DNA of 64,000 bases from Cenarchaeum sp. (lineage in GTDB: Archaea > Thermoproteota > Nitrososphaeria > Nitrososphaerales > Nitrosopumilaceae), in the NCBI GenBank assembly GCA_965206845.1, contig OZ242221.1:32001-96000 (forward strand), given 5' to 3'. Below the pieces are notes generated by a model. That model did not search any database, had not been told where the DNA came from, and worked only from the letters and a program-made list of their open reading frames with translations. A program made the translations under genes and the position numbers. This document shows, one piece after another, positions 29,414-39,035 of this stretch (its first letter is position 1; each line of letters starts with the position of its first letter).

Positions 29414-29971
29414 ATGCTTCCAAGAATCGATTCCATAAAGGAGATGCGCGTCAAACTAGGAGCCACACAGAAGAAGCTGGCATCCATGGCAGGCATCAGC
29501 TCCTCCATGATCAACCAGATCGAATCGGGCCGCAGCCAGCCCAGCTACGAGACGGCAAGGAGGATATTTGACAGCCTGGCCACGCTTGAAGGCGGATCGT
29601 CCCCGTACGTGGCAGGCGACTTTTGCAGCAGGGAGATAGTGAGGCTGGGCCCCGACGACACGCTTCATGACGCCATCAAGGAGATGCGCAAGTTCTCCAT
29701 AAGCCAGGTTCCGGTGTTTGATGGGGACCAACCCGTCGGTCTGATCACGGAGGACGGAATCATGAGACACCTGGCAGATGTCGGGGAGACCGAGCTGAAG
29801 ATCTCCCGTCTGTCAGACACGATGGATCCGGTACCGCCCATAGTCGACTACAGGACGCCCACGCACGTGCTTGTTCCCCTGATCAGGTTTACAAAGTGCA
29901 TCCTGGTCACAAAAAAGTCTACGATAATCGGGATAATCACCGCATCAGACACCATGAAACTGATGGAGTAA
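29414..29971 (+). CDS. HTH (Xre) + CBS transcriptional regulator
   Basis: TQKKLA...SMINQIESG..PSY followed by a CBS pair. Confidence 0.9.
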   Translation: MLPRIDSIKEMRVKLGATQKKLASMAGISSSMINQIESGRSQPSYETARRIFDSLATLEGGSSPYVAGDFCSREIVRLGPDDTLHDAIKEMRKFSISQVPVFDGDQPVGLITEDGIMRHLADVGETELKISRLSDTMDPVPPIVDYRTPTHVLVPLIRFTKCILVTKKSTIIGIITASDTMKLME

Positions 29972-29973
29972 CG

Positions 29974-30372
29974 CTAGTCCCCCGGCGGCGAGCAGAGCTC
30001 TGTCAGCACGCCGCGCATTGATCTGGGATGGACAAACGTGACCTTTGTTCCCTCGGAGCCGGGCCTTATGCCCCCCAGGAATGCAATGCCGCACCCCTCC
30101 ATGCGGGCAACATCGCCTTCTATGTCGCCGGTCTGAAGCGCCACGTGGTGTAGGCCCTCGCCCCGCCTGTCCAGAAACTTCCTGATGGGGCTGTCCTCCC
30201 TAGTGGGCTCCATGAGCTCAATCCTGCCGTTCTCCAGATACAGTATTCCGACCCTGACGCCCTCGCTTTCCACGGTCTCAAATTGCACATCCTTTACCGC
30301 CAAGGCCTGCTGGTACTCTGTGGCGGCCTTTTCCACATCGTTTACTGCTATTGCGACGTGATCTATTCTCAT
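29974..30372 (-). CDS. mce: methylmalonyl-CoA epimerase
   Basis: IDHVAIAV, IELMEP, GEGLHHVA, FVHP..GVLTEL; mutase context. Confidence 0.92.
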   Translation of the reverse strand: MRIDHVAIAVNDVEKAATEYQQALAVKDVQFETVESEGVRVGILYLENGRIELMEPTREDSPIRKFLDRRGEGLHHVALQTGDIEGDVARMEGCGIAFLGGIRPGSEGTKVTFVHPRSMRGVLTELCSPPGD

Positions 30373-30673
30373 GCAGCTATCACACATGGCGGTATCTGGC
30401 AGGTTATTTTAATTTGTAGACGGTGCAGGCGCTCACATTCCATCTCACTTGGGTGCAGGTTTTTACACCAGACAGGCATTTGCGCCTGCCACGATGCCAC
30501 AAGCGGTCTCATGTGCTGCCTCCCCAAGGCATGTGAGCCTGATTCTCGGGACTGTGGAACACGCATGTGCAATCTGGATCTTTTTTTTTTGTAGAAGCGG
30601 GTAACACTACTTGGAGTCTTTACAACGATACGCGGTCTTATCCTGGTCCGTCTTCGGCACCCCATTGCCGTGC

Positions 30674-32251
30674 TCAGAATATCTCGTTTGGCTTGTACTC
30701 GCCAAAGATGCTGCGGAGGGTGTTGCTTATCTCGCCCGTTGTGGCGTACGCTCTTGCTGCGGTTATGATGTGCGGCATGAGGTTCTCGCCGGCATCGACA
30801 GCGGATCCTATTCCGGATATGGCATCCTCGACCTTTTTTGCATCCCTCGAGTCCCGGAGCTTCCTGAGCGATACACGCTGCATGTCTTCTACCCTGCCAT
30901 CTATCCTGAGCAGCTCCGGCTGTCTCTCGTTCTGGTCTATGAACCTGTTCATTCCTACCAGTATCCGCTCGTCCCCGTCGGCCTCCTTTTTGAGCCGGTA
31001 GGCGTTCTGTCTTATCTCCGACTGGAAGAAGCCGCGCTCAATTGCCCTGATCGAGCCGCCCATCCTGTCGATCTTCTTCAGGTACTTGAGCACGCCGTCC
31101 TCGATCTCGTCGCACAGGTACTCCATATAGTGGGAACCCGCCATGGGATCCACAGTCTTTGTGATGCCGCTCTCGTGGGCCACTATCTGCTGCGTCCTCA
31201 GCGCTATCTTTGCGGACTCTTGCGTCGGCAGGGCCAGCGCCTCGTCCCTAGAGTTGGTATGCAGCGACTGCGTTCCGCCCATGACGGCTGCCATGGTCTG
31301 AATGGCAACCCGGACGATGTTGTTGTCCGGCTGCTGGGCGGTGAGGGACTCGCCGCTGGTCTGGGTGTGAAACTTGAGCTGCATCGATTTTGGGTTCTTT
31401 GCGTGAAACTGCTCCTTGAGGATTTTTGCGTACACCTTTCTGGCGACCCGGAACTTTGCCACCTCCTCGAAGAACTCGATGGTACAGCAGAAGAAGAACG
31501 ACAGCCTGGGGGCAAAGTCGTCTATCTTGAGGCCTCGATCAAGGCAGGTCTGTATGTATGCAATGGCGTTTGCGAGGGTGAATGCCACCTCCTGGGTCGC
31601 GGTGCATCCGGCCTCCCTCATGTGGTATCCGGATATGGATACCGGGTACCACTGGGGCACCTCCTTGGAGCAGTACTCGATCATGTCACCTATGATTCTC
31701 ATGGACGGCCTGGGTGGGTAGATGTATGTGTTTCTTGCAATGTACTCCTTGAGGATGTCATTCTGTGTGGTTCCGCGCAGCTGCGCGCTGGAAAACCCCT
31801 GGGACTCGCCCACCGCGATATAGTATGCCAGTAGCGTCGACGCCGTGGAGTTGATGGTCATGGATGTGCTTACCTTCCCAAGAGGAATGCCATCAAAGGC
31901 GGTCATCATGTCCTTGAGCGATGCGATGGATACGCCCACCTTGCCCACCTCGCCTTCGGCGGGATCCGAGTCCGGATCGTGTCCTATCTGGGTGGGCAGA
32001 TCAAAGGCCATACTGAGGCCGGTCTGGCCCTTCTCCAGCATGAACTTGAAGCGCTCGTTTGTCTGCCGGGCGTCACCAAACCCCGAGTACTGTCTCATTG
32101 TCCACAACCTGCTACGGTACATGCCGGGGTGGATTCCGCGGGTAAACGGGTACTTGCCTGGCTCCTCCCTGTCCCTCTCCTTTTGGGTTCTGTGGTACAC
32201 CGGCCTTACTGCTATGTTGGAATCGGTAACCGCTGACTTGTCGTCTGCCAT
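30674..32251 (-). CDS. methylmalonyl-CoA mutase, large (catalytic) subunit
   Basis: PFTRGIH..MY..RLWTMRQYSGF, GLSMAFDLPTQ, QNDILKE, SISGYH, GGTQSLHTN. Confidence 0.96.
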   Translation of the reverse strand: MADDKSAVTDSNIAVRPVYHRTQKERDREEPGKYPFTRGIHPGMYRSRLWTMRQYSGFGDARQTNERFKFMLEKGQTGLSMAFDLPTQIGHDPDSDPAEGEVGKVGVSIASLKDMMTAFDGIPLGKVSTSMTINSTASTLLAYYIAVGESQGFSSAQLRGTTQNDILKEYIARNTYIYPPRPSMRIIGDMIEYCSKEVPQWYPVSISGYHMREAGCTATQEVAFTLANAIAYIQTCLDRGLKIDDFAPRLSFFFCCTIEFFEEVAKFRVARKVYAKILKEQFHAKNPKSMQLKFHTQTSGESLTAQQPDNNIVRVAIQTMAAVMGGTQSLHTNSRDEALALPTQESAKIALRTQQIVAHESGITKTVDPMAGSHYMEYLCDEIEDGVLKYLKKIDRMGGSIRAIERGFFQSEIRQNAYRLKKEADGDERILVGMNRFIDQNERQPELLRIDGRVEDMQRVSLRKLRDSRDAKKVEDAISGIGSAVDAGENLMPHIITAARAYATTGEISNTLRSIFGEYKPNEIF

Positions 32252-33166
32252 CTATCTCACCAGGTTCTTTGATATGCGATCCGCCGCCTCGAAGGGATCG
32301 ATCTGCCCACCTTGGACCTCCTTGAGGCACTTCTTATAGGTCGCGTCCGTCTCAAGCAATGCGTCGACTCGGGTTTTGATGTTATTTAAAATAATGCTCC
32401 GAAGCTCCGCCTCCAGGCGGGCAGCCCCCCGCCCCGGTCCGGCCATCTCCTTCTCGCCTATCATCTCCATGAGCATCCTGACAAACACGGCCATTCCACG
32501 CCCGGTCTTGGCTGATGTCTTTAGAACCGCGGGCCCGCCTTCAGCAGAGCCGATATACTCGCACACCGCATCAAACAGTCGGGAGGCGCCGGCAAGATCG
32601 CTCTTGTTGACCAGGTATATGTCCCCGATCTCCGTCAGCCCGGCCTTGATGGCCTGGATGCTGTCACCGGTATGGGGGTTAAATACCACCACGACAACGT
32701 CCGCAATATTTGAGATCTCGACCTCGGTTTGCCCTGCGCCGACGCTCTCGATTATGACCGGATCAAATCCCGCATACTCTAGCACGCGGATGCTGTTCTG
32801 CACCGAGGCCGACACGGCGCCGGTGGCTCCCCTGGACGCAACGCTCCTTATGTACACCCCCGAGTCGGTGGACTCGGTCATCCTCACGCGGTCGCCTAGA
32901 ACGGCGCCGCCGCTGAGGTGGCTTGTGGGATCCACTGCCAGAACCGCAGGGTTCTTCCCACGCTCCTTCAGCTCTGCCGCAATCCGGTTGATCAGGGAGC
33001 TCTTGCCGGCGCCGGCCGGCCCCGTAAATCCTATCACGACCGAGTTGCCCGTATCCCGGAATATCTCCTTGACTACCTCCCGTGCGCGGGCGCGATCGTT
33101 CTCCATTATGGAGATCGTCCTTGCTATGGCTCCGCGCCTGCCGCTCTTCAGATCCGATAGATCCAA
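32252..33166 (-). CDS. meaB: MeaB/ArgK GTPase chaperone
   Basis: GPAGAGKSS, AVDPTS..SGGAVLGDRVRM, ESVGAGQTE, NKSD. Confidence 0.93.
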   Translation of the reverse strand: MDLSDLKSGRRGAIARTISIMENDRARAREVVKEIFRDTGNSVVIGFTGPAGAGKSSLINRIAAELKERGKNPAVLAVDPTSHLSGGAVLGDRVRMTESTDSGVYIRSVASRGATGAVSASVQNSIRVLEYAGFDPVIIESVGAGQTEVEISNIADVVVVVFNPHTGDSIQAIKAGLTEIGDIYLVNKSDLAGASRLFDAVCEYIGSAEGGPAVLKTSAKTGRGMAVFVRMLMEMIGEKEMAGPGRGAARLEAELRSIILNNIKTRVDALLETDATYKKCLKEVQGGQIDPFEAADRISKNLVR

Positions 33167-33458
33167 CAGACAGTGCTGGATGGCGCCTACAATAAAACCT
33201 TGCAGTCACCGACCGGTACGGGACTCGCGCAGGACAAGGATTCCTTGTGATGAGTATGCCTGAATATGGCAGGAACCTGTACCGTACCGCGTACCTGCGA
33301 ACCGTGCAGATCCAAAGGGCTCCGAACCCGGCGTATGTACGGGTAGCATCAGTGCGCTGAGAGTTTGTGGCGGTTTCGTACGAGGTATGAAGCCGTGATG
33401 TAGGGCCGTCTGATTCTTGGGGTGTGGCGTGCTTCGGATGCCGTATCGGGAGGGCGGG

Positions 33459-33866
33459 CTATGGCCTGCCTATTATTACGTCTGGGGCGTCCTGATCCGA
33501 TGTGTGGATCTCGGTCTTTAGCATCACCGTGCCGAACTCGGGATGCTCAGCAGATACAGTTACAGGATGGGCTGCCCACCCAAGTCCGGGCGGATCGCCA
33601 AGCTGCACCATCTCGATAAACGAGGGTCCCGCAAACGTCCTATGGTATGACTGCGACAGTCCCAGAATCTCCAGCGTGGTGGCAGTAGTCTTGGCCGTCT
33701 TGTCGGTGAACGTGATGGTAACTGCGCCAAAGCGCCCGTCGTACGTGGCATCAAATAGGAACACATCTGCCAGATCTGTGGTATTCTCTTCCTCGCCGGG
33801 TATTATCCAGAATATCATCAGGGCAAATATCGCAGCGAACATGAACATGCGCATGTAGGATTTCAT
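33459..33866 (-). CDS. conserved membrane-anchored hypothetical protein
   Basis: N-terminal TM helix, host-like codon usage, co-oriented and adjacent to pepN. Confidence 0.65.
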   Translation of the reverse strand: MKSYMRMFMFAAIFALMIFWIIPGEEENTTDLADVFLFDATYDGRFGAVTITFTDKTAKTTATTLEILGLSQSYHRTFAGPSFIEMVQLGDPPGLGWAAHPVTVSAEHPEFGTVMLKTEIHTSDQDAPDVIIGRP

Positions 33867-33872
33867 AGTATC

Positions 33873-36515
33873 TCATCTGCCTCCTTGGTCTCTTCTTGCA
33901 TCATTCCCTTTGATCACCCTTTGTAGAATATCTACCTTCTCCTCAACTATATCTGAGCCAAGCAGTGCATCTGCCACCATCTCCCGCAGCTGCCTCAGGC
34001 GCTGTTCCATTGCCTCCCCGGATGCGCCGGGGGACGGCCCGCCTGCTTTTTGCACACTAACCAAGAGGCCGTGGTTTATCCTGGCCCGCTCTAGGGCCTG
34101 CTCTAGTGCCTTCTCTGTTCCCGGAGCGGGGTTCGCTGTGAAGAATCGTCGGATCTCGTCCTCCATGGAGGGGGCTGCGGCAGTCGACACGCACGAGACA
34201 ATCCTGGCAAGCAGTGGATTCCCGCGGCCTACTTTTTCTACCACATCGGACCATCTGGATACAAGCCAGGGCCAGAAGACGTCGCGCGAGTGTGGGTTGG
34301 CAGCAACAGCCACTATGAGCATGTGGGTGTCCTGGGAGCGAACCTCGTCGGTTAGGGCAAAGTCAAGATTTCCGGCCAGTATCCTGGCGTCCTCAAAGTA
34401 GCCTAGCGCCCTCAGAACCCTGTGCTTCTCCTCTTGGCTCCCGGCGCCGCGGTACAGGCGGCGCAGAGTCTCACTCGTGTCCCCGTTGCCGCCCCCGGCA
34501 ACCACGGAGTAGATGGACTCTTGTAGGTCTGCGGGCAGGGGCTTTTGCTCCGCGACAGAGTGCCGAAACCGTTTGGCGGCGTCAAGGAATACCGCCGGAT
34601 CGCCCATCACGCCCAGTGCCGTTATGACAAGGCTGCGCAGCAGCGTGTCGGTGTGCCTCTCTCCGGACTCTGGCTCCCAACCCAGCCGGCCGTGCACATG
34701 CGCCAGAAACGTCCTGATGCGATCACGCAGGCGGTGCGCGCCCTCCTCAAGGCAAATTATGAGGTATATGGAAAAGAGGTTGCGCACCACGTCTGTCAGG
34801 GCAGGATACCCGTCGTCGGCGTACGCGGCTGTGAAGTCAAGGTACACCTCCACGCTTGTCTTGCCTGCCAGGCACATGGCAAACAGGTCGTTCTGGAGAC
34901 CCCACCTGTCCGTACCGGAGAACTTGTGATCTGTGATCATCTCCCTGCACCTAAGCACATCCTCTGGCGGGTACGCCACCCGGTAGAACCCGCCCCTTCC
35001 GGGGTTTATCAGGGCAAAGCCGTCTACGCCCATCTCCATCGAGTCCGTGGCGCCGGTCATCATCTTCTTTGATGTGCGGCCCCCGGCACTGGCAGACACC
35101 GGAATGTGCCATGTGGCGTCACCGGCATCCCGGCCTGCCTCGTACTGGAACCTGCCCTGTCTCAGATTTATCTGCGTGCCGTCCCTGCCTGCCTCCAGGA
35201 CAGGAAAGCCTGATCTGTGAATCCACGTGTGCATCATGGGCTTTACCGGAAGGCCCGAGGCGTCGCCGATGGCATCCCAGAGGTCGTCCCCGCGGGCATT
35301 GCCGTACCTGTGCAGATCGAGGTATCTCTTCAGGCCGTCCCTGAACGCCGCCTCCCCTACATACCTCTCCAGCATCAGCAGGATGCTGGCTCCCTTGTCA
35401 TAGGATATGGCGTCAAATATCTCCTGTATCTGCGCCGGCGAGTCTACCCGGACATCGATGGGGTGCGTCGACCTCAGGCCGTCCATCCTCATTGCCGTCC
35501 CCACGACATCCTCGCTGAACTGGTTCCACATGTCAAACTCCGGATACAGCTGGTCAACGAACTTTGTCGCCATGAGCGTGGCAAAGCTCTCGTTTAGCCA
35601 GAGATCGTTCCACCACTTCATGGTGACCAGGTTTCCAAACCACTGGTGCGCTATCTCGTGGGATATCACCTCGGTGACCAGCTGCCTCGTGCGGGCAGAG
35701 GATCTCTCGGGGTCATACAGCAGCAGGGCCTCCCGGAACGTGATGGCACCCCAGTTCTCCATGGCCCCTGCGGCAAAGTCTGGTACCGCGATGAGATCCA
35801 GCTTGGGGAGCGGGTACGCTATCCCAAAGTACTCTTCGTATGCCGCCAGCAGCCGGCAGGCCGCATCCAGCGCGTACGCCCCGCGGGAGGCACTCCCCCT
35901 GACTGCAATTACCCTGATCTGCGTGTCCCCTGACATTCCCTGGATGTGCTCAAAATCGCCGGCGCCCACGTACACCAGGTACGTGGACATGACAGGTGTC
36001 TTTGCGAACCGGTGAACCGCTTTCTGCCCCGCTGCCTTGCAGGATATCTCGGGCATGTTTGATATGGCCACAAGTCCGGCATCGCATGTTATGGAGATCT
36101 CAAAGGTGGCCTTTGCGTCCGGCCTGTCCCAGCACGGAAACGCGCGCCTGGCATCTGCTGCCTCAAACTGCGTGGTTGCAAGGTATCTTGCATCCCCGTA
36201 CCGGCTGCGATAAAGCCCCAGCAACCGATCGTTTAGGCACCCGGTGAACTCAACGTGGATCACGCACCTCCCCGTGATCTTCCTGGGCACTCGTATGGAC
36301 ATCTCCTCGCTCTTTTCGTCGAGTTCCGTGGTGGCATCCAGGTAGTCAGGGTCCACGTGGACTCTGCACCTGTGAATAACAATCTCTGACGCGTTAAGCG
36401 TGATTGTGTCCGTAGGCTCTGGACAGTCCACCGTGATCCACTCCCTGCCCTTGAAGGTAAAGTCCTCAAAAGCCGGCTCAAACTCCAGCCTGTAGTTGAC
36501 AGGAACGGCACTCAT
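33873..36515 (-). CDS. M1 family aminopeptidase
   Basis: TQFE..DARRAFPC, GAMENWG, HEIAHQW..NE, YDKG. Confidence 0.95.
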   Translation of the reverse strand: MSAVPVNYRLEFEPAFEDFTFKGREWITVDCPEPTDTITLNASEIVIHRCRVHVDPDYLDATTELDEKSEEMSIRVPRKITGRCVIHVEFTGCLNDRLLGLYRSRYGDARYLATTQFEAADARRAFPCWDRPDAKATFEISITCDAGLVAISNMPEISCKAAGQKAVHRFAKTPVMSTYLVYVGAGDFEHIQGMSGDTQIRVIAVRGSASRGAYALDAACRLLAAYEEYFGIAYPLPKLDLIAVPDFAAGAMENWGAITFREALLLYDPERSSARTRQLVTEVISHEIAHQWFGNLVTMKWWNDLWLNESFATLMATKFVDQLYPEFDMWNQFSEDVVGTAMRMDGLRSTHPIDVRVDSPAQIQEIFDAISYDKGASILLMLERYVGEAAFRDGLKRYLDLHRYGNARGDDLWDAIGDASGLPVKPMMHTWIHRSGFPVLEAGRDGTQINLRQGRFQYEAGRDAGDATWHIPVSASAGGRTSKKMMTGATDSMEMGVDGFALINPGRGGFYRVAYPPEDVLRCREMITDHKFSGTDRWGLQNDLFAMCLAGKTSVEVYLDFTAAYADDGYPALTDVVRNLFSIYLIICLEEGAHRLRDRIRTFLAHVHGRLGWEPESGERHTDTLLRSLVITALGVMGDPAVFLDAAKRFRHSVAEQKPLPADLQESIYSVVAGGGNGDTSETLRRLYRGAGSQEEKHRVLRALGYFEDARILAGNLDFALTDEVRSQDTHMLIVAVAANPHSRDVFWPWLVSRWSDVVEKVGRGNPLLARIVSCVSTAAAPSMEDEIRRFFTANPAPGTEKALEQALERARINHGLLVSVQKAGGPSPGASGEAMEQRLRQLREMVADALLGSDIVEEKVDILQRVIKGNDARRDQGGR

Positions 36516-36708
36516 GCGCGTACTCGGACAGACCGGGCTTAAGTGTATTTTCAATGTGCCGGTGCAGGGTTACCCGCGCGCCGAGCTGGGCTCAAACAAC
36601 CCATCCGGGTGCGCAAATCCGTGCCTGAATGAAGGTAGGGGCGGTGCCGTGCCTCCGGGGATCAAAAAGGCTTAAAATAAAACACTGTCGCGGTAACATG
36701 TGCAGAAG

Positions 36709-37119
36709 ATGGAGCCGCGCAGGATAAAGATACTTGTAGCCAAGCTGGGGCTTGACGGCCACGACAGGGGGGCGCTGGTTTTGTGCCGGGCGTTCCGGGA
36801 CGCCGGAATGGAGGTCATATACTCGGGGCTGTTTGCAACCCCGGACAGGGTGGCGCAGATAGCAGAGGACGAGGACGTGGACGCTGTAGCCCTGAGTCTG
36901 CTCAACGGAGCCCACAACGTCCTGTTTCCCAGGGTGGTGGACACGCTGCGCAAGAAGGGAATAAACGATGTCTTGGTTGTTGGCGGCGGGGTGATCCCCG
37001 AGAGCGACAGGGGCGACCTTGAGAAGGCCGGCGTCAGCGGTGTGTTCGGCCCTGGCACGCAGCTCTCCACAATCATAGATCACATTGCCCGGGGCGTCAG
37101 GGATCTGCGCGGGGTCTAG
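36709..37119 (+). CDS. methylmalonyl-CoA mutase small (B12-binding) subunit
   Basis: KLGLDGHDRG (DxHxxG), SLL.GAH, VGGGVIP. Confidence 0.93.
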   Translation: MEPRRIKILVAKLGLDGHDRGALVLCRAFRDAGMEVIYSGLFATPDRVAQIAEDEDVDAVALSLLNGAHNVLFPRVVDTLRKKGINDVLVVGGGVIPESDRGDLEKAGVSGVFGPGTQLSTIIDHIARGVRDLRGV

Positions 37120-37152
37120 CTCCCGACAGGCTTGAGAAAAAAATAGAGTTGG

Positions 37153-38151
37153 TTACTCCTTGGAGTCAGGCCACACCATCTTGCGCATTCGCCTTCCGAC
37201 CTGCTCTATCTGGTGCGCGTCGATCTCCCTCATGTATCGGTCAAAGGAGTCCTTGCCGTTCTTCTGGTACTGGCTTATCCATTCCTCGTTGAAGGTTCCG
37301 TCCTGTATCTCATCTAGGACTCTTCTCATGCGGGCCTTGGCATCACTGTTGATGACCACCGGGCCGCGGGTGAGTCCGCCGTACCTTGCAGTCTCACTTA
37401 CGCGCCTCCACATTCCGTTGATTCCATACCGCTGGATCATGTCCACGATGAGCTTGAGCTCGTGCAGAACCTCAAAGTACGCAATCTCGGGCTGGTATCC
37501 TGCCTCAACCAGCGTCTCAAAGGACGACTGAACCATCGAGGCGCATCCGCCACACAGGTCGGCCTGCTCCCCGAACCAGTCCGTCTCGACCTCCTCCTTG
37601 AAGGTTGTCTGGATCAGGCCTGCCCTTGCGCTTCCAATCGCCTTTGCAATTCCCAGCGTTCTGTCCCAGGCGCCACCGGTATGATCCTGATGGACTGCCA
37701 CGATCGACGGCGTGCCAAAGTTCTGCAGGTAGGTCTCCCTGACCTTGGAGCCGGGTCCCTTGGGGGCTACCATGATCACGTCCACGTCACCGGGGACGTC
37801 AATCCACTTCCAGTGCACTGCTGCCGCATGCGAGAAGGAGAGTGCCTTTCCTGCCGTGAGGCTGGGCGCTATCTCGTCCCGGTATACCCGGGCCTGCACC
37901 ATGTCGGGTATCAGAATGTGGACGATGTCTGCCCTCTTGGTTGCTTCTGCGACCGGTAGAACCGTGTGGCCGTCGGCTTGCGCCTTCTCCCAGCTGCTGC
38001 CGCCTTCCCTGAGCCCTACGACCACGTTGAGGCCGGAGTCCTTCATGTTGTTTGCCTGGGCATCGCCTTGGATGCCGTATCCTATTACGGCAACGGTCTG
38101 ATCCCTTATCGCGTCCAGGCTGATGTCATTATCCTTCCATGTCTTTGCCAT
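37153..38151 (-). CDS. ilvC: ketol-acid reductoisomerase
   Basis: IGYGIQG, APKGPG, TFKEEVETDWFGEQ, SETARYG. Confidence 0.96.
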   Translation of the reverse strand: MAKTWKDNDISLDAIRDQTVAVIGYGIQGDAQANNMKDSGLNVVVGLREGGSSWEKAQADGHTVLPVAEATKRADIVHILIPDMVQARVYRDEIAPSLTAGKALSFSHAAAVHWKWIDVPGDVDVIMVAPKGPGSKVRETYLQNFGTPSIVAVHQDHTGGAWDRTLGIAKAIGSARAGLIQTTFKEEVETDWFGEQADLCGGCASMVQSSFETLVEAGYQPEIAYFEVLHELKLIVDMIQRYGINGMWRRVSETARYGGLTRGPVVINSDAKARMRRVLDEIQDGTFNEEWISQYQKNGKDSFDRYMREIDAHQIEQVGRRMRKMVWPDSKE

Positions 38152-38305
38152 GCAAGCGCCGAGGACTGTTGCAAATATTAATTGTTGTGGAGACGTGCCA
38201 TGCGGAACTGCTTTTCATCCCCGTCTGCGCGGGGGGGGGGGCAGGCGCCCAGAAGGGTTCCCATGCCCAGCTCTGGGCGGCGGCAAGATCCGTGCGGCGT
38301 GTCAC

Positions 38306-38428
38306 CTATATCTCAATTATTCTGTCGCAAGAGAGGCACCTCACCCTTACGGTGCCGTCCACGGCGAGGCGTTCAAACTTCTTTGAGTTGCACCTTGGGC
38401 ACACGGGACAGGCTCGCACTCTTTTCAT
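38306..38428 (-). CDS. 40-aa zinc-ribbon microprotein
   Basis: MKRVRACPVCPRCNS...RCLSCDRIIEI; ATG 1 nt after the NMNAT stop. Confidence 0.6.
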   Translation of the reverse strand: MKRVRACPVCPRCNSKKFERLAVDGTVRVRCLSCDRIIEI

Positions 38429-38429
38429 C

Positions 38430-38960
38430 TCAGTGCCCGGTGGGATCCGTATCTGTTCTGCCCAGAACCTTGATGCGCTGGACGCCATTGACGTTGTGGA
38501 TCACCCTTGCGGCAGCAGACGGAACAAGCTCCTCCCACCTGCCGTCACCGGCGATCAGGCTACGGATATGCGTGGAGCGGTACACCTTTCTGTCAAGAAA
38601 TTTGGGCCGTACCACCTGGTGGCCAGAGTCTGCCAGCAGCATTGCAACGTAGTCATTTCCGCTGTACACCCTCCCAAACTCTGGCAGCGACGCCTTCAGG
38701 TACGAGTACCATGTGGCCACATTGAACTGGTTCTCAATGGCAGTGACGATACACCGCGACACGTCGATGCCCGAGTCCGACAGGGAGCCGTGGATCATCT
38801 CGATCCTCTCCCCTGCAGTAAAGGGATCCTTTGGAAGGTAGTTGAACTGCGAGCTGGTGACGGCGATTATGGCCCCCTCGCACTCGGCGAGGATCTGCCT
38901 TGCCAGATCAAGATGTCCCAGATGAAACGGCTGAAAGCGGCCCATCATCAACCCGCGCAT
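38430..38960 (-). CDS. nadM: nicotinamide-nucleotide adenylyltransferase
   Basis: GRFQPFHLGH, PFTAGER, STHIR..WEELVP. Confidence 0.92.
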   Translation of the reverse strand: MRGLMMGRFQPFHLGHLDLARQILAECEGAIIAVTSSQFNYLPKDPFTAGERIEMIHGSLSDSGIDVSRCIVTAIENQFNVATWYSYLKASLPEFGRVYSGNDYVAMLLADSGHQVVRPKFLDRKVYRSTHIRSLIAGDGRWEELVPSAAARVIHNVNGVQRIKVLGRTDTDPTGH

Positions 38961-39035
38961 ACCGGGATCCGGAGCCGGAATCTATTAAACTAATAGTAGG
39001 CGCGGTCCTGGTGCTGAATACGAATAGTTCCCCGC

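Noticed and set aside
30400-30670. Cobalamin riboswitch in the mutase/epimerase spacer
   Set aside because: No B12-box or conserved core recognisable.
30567-32339. Long plus-strand ORFs opposite the mutase gene (and similar ones opposite pepN, metG, gap)
   Set aside because: Antisense shadows caused by GC-rich codon bias.
33246-33415. C/D-box sRNA (gtgatga...ctga motifs)
   Set aside because: Box spacing is too short for guide regions and the second C box is imperfect; insufficient support.
29974-37119. Mutase/epimerase/MeaB cluster as a novel pathway
   Set aside because: Standard components of the thaumarchaeal 3-hydroxypropionate/4-hydroxybutyrate cycle.
38229-38241. Poly-G tract as a phase-variation switch
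   Set aside because: Intergenic and upstream of the apparent ilvC TATA region; no coding frame affected, and homopolymer length is error-prone.
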